This document shows, piece by piece, positions 39,139 to 52,232 of a DNA stretch of 64,000 bases. A model generated the notes under the pieces. The model saw nothing but the letters and a program-made list of their open reading frames with translations, did not search any database and had not been told where the DNA came from. The stretch is taken from assembly GCA_002104905.1 (NCBI GenBank), contig MCFE01000144.1, positions 91,027 through 155,026 on the forward strand, read 5' to 3'. The translations under genes and the position numbers were made by a program. Source of the stretch: Basidiobolus meristosporus CBS 931.73 (Eukaryota; Fungi; Basidiobolomycota). Every line of letters begins with the position of its first letter. Within the stretch, counting starts at the first letter, position 1.

Positions 39139-39678
39139 TCAACTTACTACTAAGATCGCGACAAGTATGATGACAAGCAACACGATGATGGTGGCGAAAA
39201 TCCCGTAGAAAAAACGTTTCGACTTGTACCACTTCACCTCCTTGACCTCCACACTCACGTTGCCCTGCTCGAGCTGGGAGTCAACTCGGGGGGTGACAGG
39301 CTTCTCGCTGATCTTCGCCAAGGTGAAGTCGGATATCAGCTTGCTTGTCCGGATAGAGTTGTCCAACGAAAAGAACTCCTCGTTGCCTATCGCTTGTTTG
39401 TACAGATTTTCCCTTCTGATCTCGTCGTTGTATTCATGATAGCTGATCGCCCTCTCTGGCTTGACGGTGGTGTCTAGCAGTGTGCTCATACGCATGGTTT
39501 TGCGCAACAATGCGCTCAAGTCTTCATCCGGGGCATCATTGAGCTTGGATGATTTGGTCAAACTACGGCCCAAGACGCTCCCGATCTTGGTCGTGCTGGA
39601 GAAGGTGATCCCTTTCTCCGACTCTTTGGGCTGGCCATTGGTGACCAAATTGGGGGCCATCACTGGGTTGGCTAGCAT
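39139..39678 (-). CDS. Hypothetical tail-anchored membrane protein, ~179 aa
   Basis: ATG ORF ending KWYKSKRFFYGIFATIIVLLVIILVAILV. A GTAAGT donor overlapping the end could change the last two residues. Confidence 0.7.
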   Translation of the reverse strand: MLANPVMAPNLVTNGQPKESEKGITFSSTTKIGSVLGRSLTKSSKLNDAPDEDLSALLRKTMRMSTLLDTTVKPERAISYHEYNDEIRRENLYKQAIGNEEFFSLDNSIRTSKLISDFTLAKISEKPVTPRVDSQLEQGNVSVEVKEVKWYKSKRFFYGIFATIIVLLVIILVAILVVS

Positions 39679-40227
39679 CGCTTTGGTAGTAGAGGGATGG
39701 CTGGTTGGGCAGAAGAGGGATGGATGTGGTGTGAAAGACTAATGAGACAAGGCCGTACGCCGTTGAAGTATCATGAACAATTAGGACACGTGTGGTAATT
39801 AAGAGAAATCAGATGGACTGGGGAAAAGGGGAAGGGTTAGAAAAGGATTCATGATTGTCAAGAGTGTGAGGCAGATGAGCTCAAACTCTCGCTGTACTCC
39901 CTATGTGCACTTTTGATGCCGCCATCACAGTAATCACCAACGTCGCCTCAAATAGAATCCCGCAGGATGTGTGTCGCTGTAAAACTGCTTCCAGAGGCAA
40001 CCCTCCTAAAACTGCGCACAGAAAATCGGATTTGTGTGTTCAGCATTAATTAAATGTCATCTCGCCAGCACATCAGACTGCTGCTTGTCCCATGTCAACC
40101 CAACCCTAGCCCCAGCTCGCACGCGTCTCTTTGGTGGCATGATCTAGACTACACTTTATTATGGAGCGGGTGATCATCGCAGTTCTTTACAATGTTGGGT
40201 AAATGTACACGGTATATCAGCAGTTGT

Positions 40228-42578
40228 TTACATTGGAAGCAATGATGCAAAATCGGTACTCGCGGCATCTTCGAGAGCGCAGTTTAACAGTTCAATCGTT
40301 TGGGAGTTATTGGGCTCAATGCTCAGCGACTGTGGAAAGATGGTGTTAGCGGGGGATCGGGTGGTGGATGGGGGTGGGATGAATCAATACCTCGTGATAC
40401 TGCATGATGGCCTCGTCCAGTTCACCCTTGACGTAATGGATGAACCCAATGGCTGCGATCACGTCAGGGAGCTTCGACTGTAACTTCAGTGCCTTGTTGA
40501 AGAAGCGCAAGGCGTCCTCGAAGCGGCTGCACAGAATCACATCAAAATCCGCGCTACTTGATCGGCAGTAATGGAAAACGTCACTTACCCAACCTTGCGA
40601 TAAACATGGCCCAGGTTCACCCAGATCGAGAGCAGAAGCTTCTGGGTGGCATTGATCTGCTCGCACACCGAGTTGGCCTCCTCGAGATACTCTATGGCAT
40701 GATCGTACCTAGGAATTAGCTGGATCAGTACTTCCGTCGAGCTCGGGAGCTGGATCATTCTCCTTACAGTTGGCTCTGGTAATACACAACGCCGAGTTCG
40801 TTTAGCAGGCATGGATCGCCATTGCAGATCTTGTAGCTGGCTTGCAAGTACTCCTCCGCAAGAGCACAGTTATTGGAGTGAAGCTGTTGCATGCCGATAA
40901 ATAGGGCAGGTAGATGGCTCCTGGTGAGATCCGAGAGGTTAGCTCCGTTTCATCTGTCCATTTGTTCCATCGCTTACCCCTGGAAAAGCCTGGCCGCAGT
41001 AGAGTACGCGGAGATCGCTTGATCATGCTCCCCCTCGATGGCAAATGAATGGGCGAATCCTAGCCAGGCTGGGCCAAAGTTGGAGTCCATGGTTGAAGCC
41101 TTGCTAAAGTAGCGTCTTGCCTCCGGGATTTTGGTGACGCTCAAGTAATAGCACCCAACTGCAAACCAGCTGACGGGCGAATTGGGGATGTTGTCAACCA
41201 AGTGGTGGCCTAGGTAGAACAGCTTGTTCTTCATATCCAGCTCGTACATGCATGAGATGTGTGTGGGCAGACAGGCTAGATTGAAGGAGTCCCCGTCCAG
41301 AATTCTAACGATGGTGAGTGGCTGGACTAGACTGTGGTTCTCTGGGTCACTTACTTGGTGGTAATCTCCAAGCACTTCTTGAAGTCGCACTTGAAGTAAT
41401 ACGTTTCAGCCTTGCTGAACATCACATCCGAGTTGCTGGCCAACTTGTATTCGGTTTCTAAGGTATTTACAGCGGTTTCGAAGCTTTCCTCGTGAGCATA
41501 CTGCCGAGATTTCTATTAAGATACGGGCACGGTGGCGGCAAAGGCACATCGGGATACTGACCTTTTTGAGCTTAGTGGTGTATAGGAGTTTGATCAGCTG
41601 GGCGTCTTCGGTTGTATGTTCATTGTATTGTAGCGATTGAAGCAGCTTACGCTCTTAATCAGGAGGGTAATCCAGTTAGCTCGACTCGATATGCAAGAGA
41701 TTTCATGTAGGCGTGCTACCTTCCTCATCAGTAAGCATGTGATTTCCGATCAATGCCTGGAAGGCCTGTATAGAATATTCATCTAAGTTAGGGTTCCCGT
41801 GGTATGATTTGCCCTCCGACTGTTACCTCGTAGCATTTGACATCGATGAGCAAGGCCTCTTTGTAGCACTCTTTGGCTCGATCAAGCTTCCCTTGTTTTG
41901 TGTAGATTACTCCGCGCAGGTAGCACATAGAGGCTTCTAGCTTGACTCCTCCATCAGTATTCTTGACTTTGGGTATGGACTCTACTCCTAAGGTGCCAAC
42001 TATAGTTGAGCCTTGCGTACAATATATACTTCCACCAACAAACGTGAAGCAGGTACCTGAATTGTTCTTGAAGGGATTTTCCTCTCCGAGGATTTCTAAC
42101 GCTTCTCCCCATTTCTCTAGTTTTATCTGGATAGAATAAGTTGTAAGCGAGAGGACGGAGAAGACTGATGCTGTAGCTACTCACGGAACATTGGGCGGCC
42201 AAGTATCTACAGGCTACACTGGATTTGAGCAAGTGTCGTCGTTGTAGTAATTTCGCTGCTCGAGTGTATTGGTTCGTCAAGAAGTAGACTTGAGCTAGCC
42301 AGAACACATCGTTGGGGTCCGCTAAATCGGTGAGGTTAGAACGGACAGGGTTCGAGGAGCTGACAGGACGGTTTTCACATACATGTCATGGAGAGCACTT
42401 TATCCCCCCAGAAAATCGCGGTCTCGTATAAATGTTGCTGCAGCGCATCGTGCCTCCACATACGAAGCTTGTCAGGTAAAGTGGGCGTGTTGTAGCTATA
42501 GCTCAAGTCGGTTAGCGAAGGGGAGTACGGTGAAGAGCCACTAATGGTAAAGGGAGTTGGAGAGTTCAGTGGATTCAT
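40228..42578 (-). CDS. CDC16: Anaphase-promoting complex TPR subunit APC6 (Cdc16/Cut9), many exons
   Basis: [91 protein letters not shown]. An extra upstream exon is possible. Confidence 0.95.
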
Positions 42579-43527
42579 GGCTGCAGTATATTCCCCAGAT
42601 TTCTAAAACGTACAAGGACGACGATTCAGCTGAACCATATGGTCGTTATACTCTGGAATACCTCTTTGTTTTGTTATGATTGTCTGTTTTTATGGTTGAT
42701 CTGATACGAACAAATCCAGTTAATTTCTTTGCGTATTTACGGATTAGCTACGCAGCTAACTTAACCATCATTGCTGATAGATGGATTTGTCATGGTGTAA
42801 AGTGGTAAGGGAGGGTCAATCAATAGTAATGCATCCAAAAGTGGGATTTAAAAGGAAAGTCACTTACCATAAGCAGAAAGATTGACTTGGCCTGATCGAT
42901 GCTTGTTCTTCCGTCTTTCGATGAATCAAAAATCCTTTGAAAATCCATCGAAAATTCATTAACCTTGATTAGGAACCCTGGATATTGGGAAGTGCAAGGA
43001 CCGAAATAGTGTAACAATCGATGCAGTCGCTATGGTCCCTTGCCACAACCTTACTCCAGAGGCATATTAATGTTGCCATATCCAGGTTCCTTTAAAACCA
43101 GCGTTGGCGTGAAACGATGTTACTATATTAAACACCACATGCATCCGCAATAGCCCGGGAAATAAGACAATTAACAGGTAAAAGAAATGATCTTCCAACG
43201 TGCTACTCCAGGAAAATAAGGTTATTAACGCTCATGGGAGATGGTTCGCGAGGTGATTGCTTCATTCTACAGCCTTGGACCTCTACGATATTCTCCGAAC
43301 TACTATCAACACTCTGACATCGCTTTCGAGTGTTGCCACAGCTTTTCGTTCTTGCAGATCCTTCATATAGACAAATGCGTTAGTCTGAGCGAACCGTAGA
43401 AGACTCCAGACGCATGGGTGGCTTTCCTTCAGCCCAGTACCATAATGGGAAGATGGAAAGTGATTGGATTTCTTGCATATAAATACCCGGTGCTCGCTAC
43501 GGTCGTAACCAGAAAAATCCAACTACC

Positions 43528-44972
43528 ATGAGATATCAAACAGCGGCCTTGATCTCTTTGAGCTGCCTTTCAGTTGCCTTGGCCAACTACGAGGTTGGAG
43601 TCAATGAGTACTACTGTTCAGCCGCAACCCCGGATGCCAAGACATATACCATACCTGTATGTGTAAACCACCTGAATCAGAGCCAATGCAGATCTAACCT
43701 CTTTTCTAGAAAGATATGGAGCTCAAGCACGTCCAAGTGATTGTACGCCATGGTGATCGCACCCCCATCTCCATCCTGCCACAGCAAGCAGAGCACAATG
43801 TTTTCTGGAACTGTACCGACGAGACTCCGGAGTACAACCACCTTAAGCTTTATGGGTCCAACTCCAATGAGATCTACAATCAGATCCTTGACAACGCGGC
43901 ATTCAACCCTTATGCCAAAGAGTACCTCCTGGGTACCTGCATGACAGGTCAACTGACCCCCAAGGGAATGCGCCAAAAAGAGCACGTCGGAAAGGAACTC
44001 CGTAAGATCTACGTCGACAAGCTGGGTTACCTTCCCAAATCTTTGAACAAGAGAAACCTGAAGAAAAGTATCTTCGTGCGTCACACCGAGAAAACGTAAG
44101 TGAAGTTCTTGGCTTGATTCTTCAATGGATGCATCCTAATCGTTCCTCACGCCACTAGACGCACCAAGCATACAGCCATCTCCCTCGTGTCTGGTCTTTA
44201 TCCCAGCAACAAATTAAAGGGAAAGCTGGCCATCCCCTTCTATACTCTTCCTGAGCATATCGAGACGATGCTGTCGCAGCCAGGCCAATGCCCTCGCCTC
44301 TCGAAGATTCAAAAGGACATGCTCAATGAGCCAAGCTACAACGAGTATTGGGACGGCCAACAAGAAACAAAGAAGAAGATGGATGCGATCCTTCAAACCG
44401 AAAATACTCCAGCTTATCAGACCAAGAGTCTAGTGCGCTATATGGACGAGTTCCGCCCACTGGCATGCAACAACTTCCCATTGCCTTGCAATCTCAACAA
44501 CAAGAGTGAATGTATCACCAATGAGATGGCCGTTCAGTCCTATGTTGGAAACGACTTCGAAGCCACTTGGACAATGAGAGATTCCCCACTTGCCGCCGAA
44601 GCTAACCGGCTCGGAATCGGACTCTTCTTGTCAGAGTTGCGTCAAAGCATCCTTGACTCCATCAAGGACTGCAAGAAGACCCCAGCCAAAATGGAGATCT
44701 TCTCCGGACACGACACTACAGTTCAGCCGCTTTTGGGTGTCCTCAAGGCAGAGGACTTCAGATGGCCACCTTATGCTTCAAACCTCATCGTTGAAGTCTG
44801 GCAAGAGAAGCGCAGTGACAAGGCGTATATCCGAATCCTGTTCAACGGTGAAGTACTCAAGAGCCCAGTCTGTGACTTCAGCCTTTGCCCACTGGAGACA
44901 TTCATGAAGCTTGCCGACCAATATATTCCCAAGAACTTTGTAGAAGAATGTAAACTTACCGAGGAGGCCTAA
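43528..44972 (+). CDS. Secreted histidine acid phosphatase (branch 2, ACP6/lysosomal type), 3 exons
   Basis: Signal peptide, RHGDRTP catalytic motif, GQLTPKG, GHDTT proton-donor motif, WPPYASNL, YIRILFNG. Confidence 0.93.
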
Positions 44973-45599
44973 CTTGCTTTGAATGGTCGTGGTTTTATTT
45001 CTAAAATATAAGTACATTACTTTGGGTATTTTGCCAATGATAATCTACTGGTACATGGCCATATCAATGATTAGGTTAAGGAGAAGGATTCCATTTCGAG
45101 CTGATTCTCTTTTCTTGATTGGGTCAATGTGTGTGGTGGATTGGAGCCGATCGTGTTCCTTACTTTGGTAAATGTATGAGGACTGAATTAGGAAATAGCA
45201 CTTCCCATCCGCCCAAGGGTCGTTTGGAAACACCACGAATTGGGCTTCCTTTATGCCAGGGAATGAAAATGCGTAACTAATATATCAAACTCTATTGCAC
45301 ACTCGACGTGTATAGTTCATAGGAAGCGTACCCAAAGTCTATAGCGGCAACGCATTTGGCTCCTGTGGGTGCAGTATATAAGCATTGTGGTTGAGGATGT
45401 CTAATTGAATCCGGCGCTTGAACTTGGTTACATAATTTCTATTCCAGAGATAATTCCAATGGGAATATTCATATTGGTACTTGACAAGGTAGCCCCATTT
45501 GTATGATGCCACCAACACTGAGTACACCATTAGCACTGCAGGACATTTATATCCAGAACTAGACTGTGTCTACTGCCACACTGGTCATAAGTCATACAT

Positions 45600-46240
45600 C
45601 CAGCCTACCTATGTGTGATATTATTGTTTATCACTTAGTTACAATATGCTCAAGAAGATTACAAGAATATGTCAGGTACTGAGCCTCTTGGGCCACTTTG
45701 AGATTATTTATGTTCCAAATACCTGACATTTTGGTGAAAATATTCCAAGAAAGTCTAGACATGAATTTTTGGCTTCAAATAATGAAGCATATATGCTATT
45801 ATCCTAGCAACTAAGCTAATGATAACATTTAGGTATTAGTAAAACATTTACAGCAACCTACAGCTGTTAATCAATCTCAGCATATAGTGGTAATGTTGCC
45901 ACATGAGTATCAGAGATATTAAATTTAACTAGGAGAACTAGTAGATTGCAACACATTCACTCAATGATTAATTGAAATTAAAGTGCTATAGGCAGTTTTA
46001 CATGGTCTTGACATAATAAGCGGACAAAATACCTGTAATAAGGTGTCAACAATATGTGTTCAAGGCTTGAAGCTCATTAGACAACTTAGATATCTGTCAT
46101 GTCCTGTGTACCATATTTCTGTTGGTGAAATACTTCAAGTAAGCCCTAATACAAAGCTCACACAAATTCTCTAACATTTGTGTATATTGATCTAAGTTAC
46201 TAAGTAATGCCGCTCTTCAGGTGTAATTGCAAAATTCTCA
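45600..46240. repeat. Two adjacent degraded LTR relics of the same Copia family (~45600-45855 and ~45865-46240)
   Basis: Shared words with the LTRs at 2162/6457/9626: TACCTGACATTTTGGTGAAAATATTCC, CATTCACTCAATGATTAATTGAA, TTTTACATGGTCTTGACATA. Left boundary approximate. Confidence 0.7.
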
Positions 46241-47786
46241 AGTGATACTTCTAGTAGAGCTTGATGATGTCATTAAGACTTCCAGTAGTATCCAGAACCT
46301 TCTGGAACACCACAATTAGGAGTCAATTAGCCAGTGAAAAAGGTATATAAGGGAAACACTGCCTCAACAATAAACCCCCATCCATTTTGCAATATTCCAA
46401 CTTGCCAATCAAGATGATCCCTGCTACCTGTTGCTGACTAATCTCTCAGTACCAGACCAGAGGACACTCTCAGAAGACCATGCTGACAGCCAGCTGTCCT
46501 TGGGGGCACTACCTGTGAGGAATGCTTGGTGAAGATACCATTTAAAATATTTGATTCTTTTCCAATTTTCTGTCTTTATAACCATTGGGCAAATTGGCAT
46601 TCCTATTAAGAGCCTGCTGGTGGAGTTTACAGTTGTCTTGTCTTTGAAAGCTTTGGTATGTTGCCATCTCAACAGATGCTGAACTCATCATATACTTTTC
46701 TGATTACTCACAAACAACACAAGAAAGCAACCAGACAACATTCCAGAAATGCATGTGAGAGCAAGAAGAAGATGCATCAACCATCAGCATGCAAACTGGC
46801 ATCAGATGGTAGCCTTGAATCATTGATAACACAACTTAGCTTCATGCTAAATGGAAAAATGCACCAAAGTTCAATCAGTGACAAGTCAAGTCAGATATAT
46901 AGCTAAAGATCAGCAATCAGCGTAGATCTTCACAGTATCTGCATCTAATGCTTAGCAGTCCAACTAGTGAGTAAGCTGCTGATAACCTAAGAGTTGAAGC
47001 TATGCCTACTCATAATGTTGCATATTTTAACTTACTTGGATAGGAGAAACATATTTGATCCTAACAATTTCTAAGTCATATAGACTTGTAAATGCATGTA
47101 TTCAGCATTGCCAAGATACACTGATTCTTTCTGAGCATGGCTGTACTTTGATGTTTAGAGCTACTCTCACTACACAGAGTCTCATACCTACATGTGGAAG
47201 CTCTTGAACAGCTAACATCTTGTTCAGCAGGTTTTACTGAGATATATGGCCACTTTTTTTGTCAGCCAATCCAAGTAATTAGCATTATGTGGCAGTAGAG
47301 ATATCTTAGATTTAGGCAACTATCTATCAAGTGATCACAACCAAAGCTCTATGCTACATGACTGAAGCATCACTCAGTATCAAATACACAATACCCCTGG
47401 TAACAATGAAGGTCAATAACCTGGACTGTAGGCACCACTGCATGTAGTGGGCCAAGTAGTATATTTTATATATTTAGTGAGGCTGCAATCAGCTGCAAGC
47501 AACACATCTTTGCCAAAGAGCTGCTGGCTCTACTTACATGCAAAGCTTTGTGACATCTTTGTATCCTGCACAAAAACAGCCAATTTGTAAAAGTTAGCAG
47601 GTTTTTTCAGACTGGTGTTTCAATAAGCACAAATACAGTCATTGCTCAATTGGCAGATTCTAGGGATAATGATTTTATGACTGCTACAGTGGGTACATGG
47701 TGCTTGGGGCATGTGGTGGCAACAATTAGTATAAAGACTATGAAGAATAGCAAGTGTATCAAGCACTGCATTTCTGCTTGTCAATA

Positions 47787-47822
47787 TTAGGGTTGGGGTA
47801 GGGTTAGGGTAGGGTAGGGGGG
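47787..47822 (+). repeat. Degenerate telomere-like tract TTAGGG-TTGGGG-TAGGG-TTAGGG-TAGGG-TAGGG
   Basis: Read directly; lies at the 3' end of the LINE. Confidence 0.85.
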
Positions 47823-50800
47823 AGACAGTCACCAACAGGTAAAATCTTTATTTCAGTTGAAACAAAGAAGCCAGCACTACTGTTGTAGCTTTGATACAAG
47901 AGTGTGTAGCTGAGGGGAATTGGTAGGTAAGTTAATAAGAAGTAATGATAGCTCTTCAGTGCTCAAGACACTGTTCAGTGGGAAGGGGGGTAGCAAGAGA
48001 GGTAAGAATGACTTGTGAACAACATTAATGAGGGGAATGTGATAAGGATTGATATTCATCATAAAGGGAGTGTGCTGCTGCAGATATTGCTGCCAAAGGT
48101 CTGTCAAGTACTTCAGGTAGGCCAGCTTGGGTTTTTCTGACTGCAGAATAAATTGAGCCAACTTCTTGACTTCAGGATCTCCAAGTATAGTTCTCCAGCA
48201 GGAGCCAGGTGTAGTGTGGTGTGTTCTCTTCCAGGCATTAATCAGTGGGCTGTTGCAGTGGTGAAGTCTGAGATATAATCTGGTTCTGAGGTAGAGAAGT
48301 CTGATCTTATAGGGCATAAACCCAAAAGCACCAAGAATAGCATGTCTGTAGGGGCATTCAGGCAAATGAGGCACCAAGGAGGTAATGCACCACACTGCAA
48401 ACTTGTCAAGCTTAGTGCACTCTCTAGAAGTAAGAGTGAGAAGTGGTAAGCCAAATTCCAGGACAGGGAAGACAAACTGCTTGAGTAAAAGGAGGCAGCT
48501 GGGAGCTGAAGTTGTAGGAGGAGTAACAGCCAGTAGCTTGTGGAGTGCCTGTCTTGCCAGGATAATTCTCTTCTTCAGGTGTGCTCCAGAGTCTAGTCCA
48601 GTAGGAAGGAAAGGAAAGCTAAGATATGTAGCAGAAACTTGAGCAGGTAGAGTGGAGTTCTCCAAGTTGATGGGAGAGCCCAAAGGTACTGTCTTTGCAA
48701 TGGAAAGCTGGAGATTATTCTTCTGCAGATACTGGTGGATGGTCTGGGAGTCTTGTTGCACATTGGAGGAGGATATTCTGATGTCATCAGCAAAGAGAGT
48801 AGCCAGGCAGTCAGCTGAGAGTCTTGGGAAATCATTCAGCAAGATGGCAAACAGTATAGGACCAAGCACAGAGCCTTGAACCACTCCATTAGGAACTGAG
48901 AGCACAGCTGATTGCTCACTTGGGTGAAGAATTCTTGCTTGTGGATCCAGAAACAGAGACCTGACAAGGAGGGTGAGAGAGGTACTGGAGAAGCATTGCA
49001 ACTTGGACCAAAGCAGATTTCTATCAACCAAATCAAAGGCCTTAGTAATATCAAACAGAACAGAGGGATACTTGCACTGGAGACAGTGATCTTGGCTAAG
49101 TATGACTGCATATTCCAAGGAGAGGCCAGGAACAAAGCCAAACTGTGCAGGGTGAAACTTGAGGGAGTCAGAGTAGAGCTCCTGAGCAAGCAGAAGCTCA
49201 AACACCTTTCTGCAGGTGGGCAGCAGAGATATTGGCCTGTAGGAGCTAGGATCCAGGTGCTTTTCTTTACCCTTGTACAGTGGCAGAACATTTGCAAAGG
49301 ACCATTCCTCAGGAGTAGAAAGCTGGGCTGAGCATTGTTGAAACAGTGGAAGCAGAAGTGCAGACATGGCCTTGGTACTAGTCTTCAGAAGCTCATAGGA
49401 GATTGTGTCTACACCTGGAGCAGTAGAGTTGCAAAGCCTCTTGAGCACATTTTGGATTCTCCCTTGATCAAGTGCAAGTGGGATGGGCAGAGTCTTGAAG
49501 TCAGGATGAAAGCCAGGAGTTGAGTACTGCTTTGTAGAGAAGAAGATGTTAGCCAGCTGTTCTGTTGAAGGTAACTTCCTGGAAGAGGGCCTCATTCCCC
49601 TGTAGAGTCTTGATACTGTTATTGTAATAGAGTTGGGAGATTGCAGAGGCAAAGAACTCATAATATGATCCCAGAGCTGAGTATGCAGAGTGTGGTGAGT
49701 TGCCTTGGAGTGGTGTATGGCTGTCAGGAGGATTTCTCTGATTTTGGGTTAGGGAAACTCAGGTAGTTTTGTTGCAGGGCTGAAACAATAGATTCCCATT
49801 TTCTTGAGGTAACAGCAGTAGTCTTGCATGGCAGTGACAGGGAGGCAGAGGCCAGAATCATATGCTTCACAAAGAGCCAGGCATAGTTGAGATCATCTGG
49901 CAGAGAAAGTAGCATACTGGCAAGCTTCAAGTAGTTCCCAAAGTCTTTCTTCTGATTCTGGGTAGCTTTGTGGGTGAGCACAGTAAGTTTTGGCAGCTTC
50001 TTCTTCACAACTGGTTGCATAGAAAGGGACCAGGCTGGGTGGTCAGAGGCTCTCAAGGATCCTAGCTCAGCTCCAGAGAATTGCTTGACTTCATTCACAA
50101 AGTATAGGGCAGCAGCAGAAGGGCAGATCCAGTCAACACATCTTTTCTCAGATTGAGCACCTAGTGCTAGCAGATGGCTTTCTCTCAGGAAGTTCAGTAG
50201 GAATGTAGACCTTGGCTTCATTCTTGCAGTCAGAGTAGTCTTGTTCTCAGGATGGGGAATGTAGAGATCTCCAAGCAAGATAACAGGTGTTGATATAGAT
50301 TGCTGGTATTGCTGAGCTTTCTGGTATATAACTTGCACTTCCTGAAGGGCAAGACTTGGAGGCAGATAGCAGAGCACCAGACTGATAGTTGGCAACTGGA
50401 GAGCAGCACAGTAAGGGGAGTAAAGAGGAACACAGAGCTGAGGAGTATTGATGGTAGAAGAGATGAAGCAGATAGAGGATGTATTCTTTGTTCTAGGAGT
50501 AGAAAAGCAATATAGATTAGTCAAAAGTATAGAGGGCAGCTGGACATCAATCAAACACAGGAGGGAAAATCTTGAGAGAAGTCTCTCTAGAGTTGGTCTT
50601 GATGGCTGTATGCTGTTGCAGTTAAGCAACAGAACTTCAGGTAGTCAGGCAGAGGTTGTAGCTTCTTCAGAGGCAGCATTGACAATGTGACCTGCAGAGT
50701 CCCAGAGCTCTTCAAATGGTGCATCACTTAAGTCAGCCAGGAGGGAAATGGTATGATTCTTGAGGAAGTATGTCACTTCATAGGAGGGGGCTTGTCTCTT

Positions 50801-51230
50801 GATGGCAGCAAAGAAAGACAGAATGGCAACATGAGCTGGAGGCTTGTTGAACAGTAGAGAGTCAGAGGATTCAGATTCTTCAGGCACTATCTTGAAGTCA
50901 GTTTTCAGCCAGTTAAAGTTCTTCTCCACAAAGGCAACAAATGGGTCAGCAATGTTTTGGTCTAGGATAACCTCCAGGATCTTCCCTTTTCTCCAGGCCA
51001 GGTTGGCAATTCTTGAGAGCTGAATATTGCATGCCTTGAGTGCTTTCCTGATATTGGAAATGGGAGTCCAGGGAACTTGCTTCAAGTACACCACAGTCCA
51101 GGTAGAAGCTGGTGGTAGGTTTGCAGGGGCTTGTAAGTCCTTCTGTGTTGCAATGGAGCTGCAGTAGTCAGATTGGAGTCCACATTCTCAGTAGAGGGTT
51201 TTCTTGATGTATCTTGCTGAATGGTACTGG
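47787..51230 (-). mobile_element. Non-LTR retrotransposon (LINE): ORF1 + APE endonuclease-RT ORF2, 5'-truncated
   Basis: APE motifs LLLNCNS, LLGDL, DWI, ASDH (49724-50629). RT motifs APGVDTI, YRPISLL, QFGF, DITKAFD, GVVQGSVLGPILF, LFADD (47877-49661). ORF1 VYLKQVPWTPISNIRKAL..LSRIANL. AATAAA 3' of ORF2. Confidence 0.95.
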
Positions 51231-51763
51231 AGCTATCAAATCCACACAATTCTTCTATTAACAAGCTTTCAAATACAAACACTAGGAAAAAAAATACAAA
51301 AGAGATGTGCCCACAGGGATAGGTGGAATAATGGCAAGTATCAACAGAGATTGAAGCCGATCAAGCGCTAATTTTCTTAATTACAATTAGTGGTGCATAT
51401 TATATGTGCGCTCAGTATACCATGTTTTCTGGAAATTGTAGTGAGTAGTAGTTTGAATTCTTGAGATAGCGATACATTCTAGGATGCCCAATCTCCATAT
51501 TGACCAAGCCCTCATGGAGCTTATTAAATAAGCCACTTAAAGACGTGCATAGCCAAGCTTTACCAGTTTCTTACCCTTCTTCTGAACTGGTGGCTGGGCT
51601 TTGGGTCATCAGAGGGGAGTATGGAAATTGGCGTGGTGTTGAGTTTGTCAAACGCTCTTGTTCCCATGCTTGTAATGGCTATACTTCTGCTATCACATAT
51701 GAATCAAAAAATAACATGAATAATGAAACTTTATTGCATTTGGGCTCAAGTGCAATCGTTGGT

Positions 51764-52232
51764 TCATTGATTGTCTTCCATGGGCTCAGTATACTGTGAG
51801 TCCTGATTAGCACAGTCATTGCCACATGGAACATCTTCCATGGGCTCAGTGTACTGTGTATCTTGGTCAGAGCATCCTTCGATGCATTGGGTGACCACTA
51901 CTGGTGTGGAGTATGTCTCATCTTGTGCAGGCTGAACCATAACAATGGGGTAACCAGAGCCATCGTCTGAGTGCTCAGCACCCTTCTGTTTGGCGTACTC
52001 GGATGCGCTGGCTGAACCCTCTACCTCGAGGCTGGGGCCTGCTTGAAACTGAACATCGAGACTCTTGTCACTGTTGGCATTGGCAGTGTTCAGATTGTCA
52101 TGCTTTCTGGTCACGGTGGTGAACACCTGACGCAACAATGGCACTTGGACGTTTGGCGTTTCAACAGTGGGCTGAACCTGGACTTGCTGGTAGCAGTTGC
52201 TTGCTTGGTCCGAGCATGAATACCTGCGATAA
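51764..52232 (-). pseudogene. Family A secreted protein copy A1, missing signal peptide and promoter
   Basis: Near-identical to 52851-53310 from YRRYSC onward; upstream sequence is replaced by an intergenic module and has no ATG. Confidence 0.8.
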
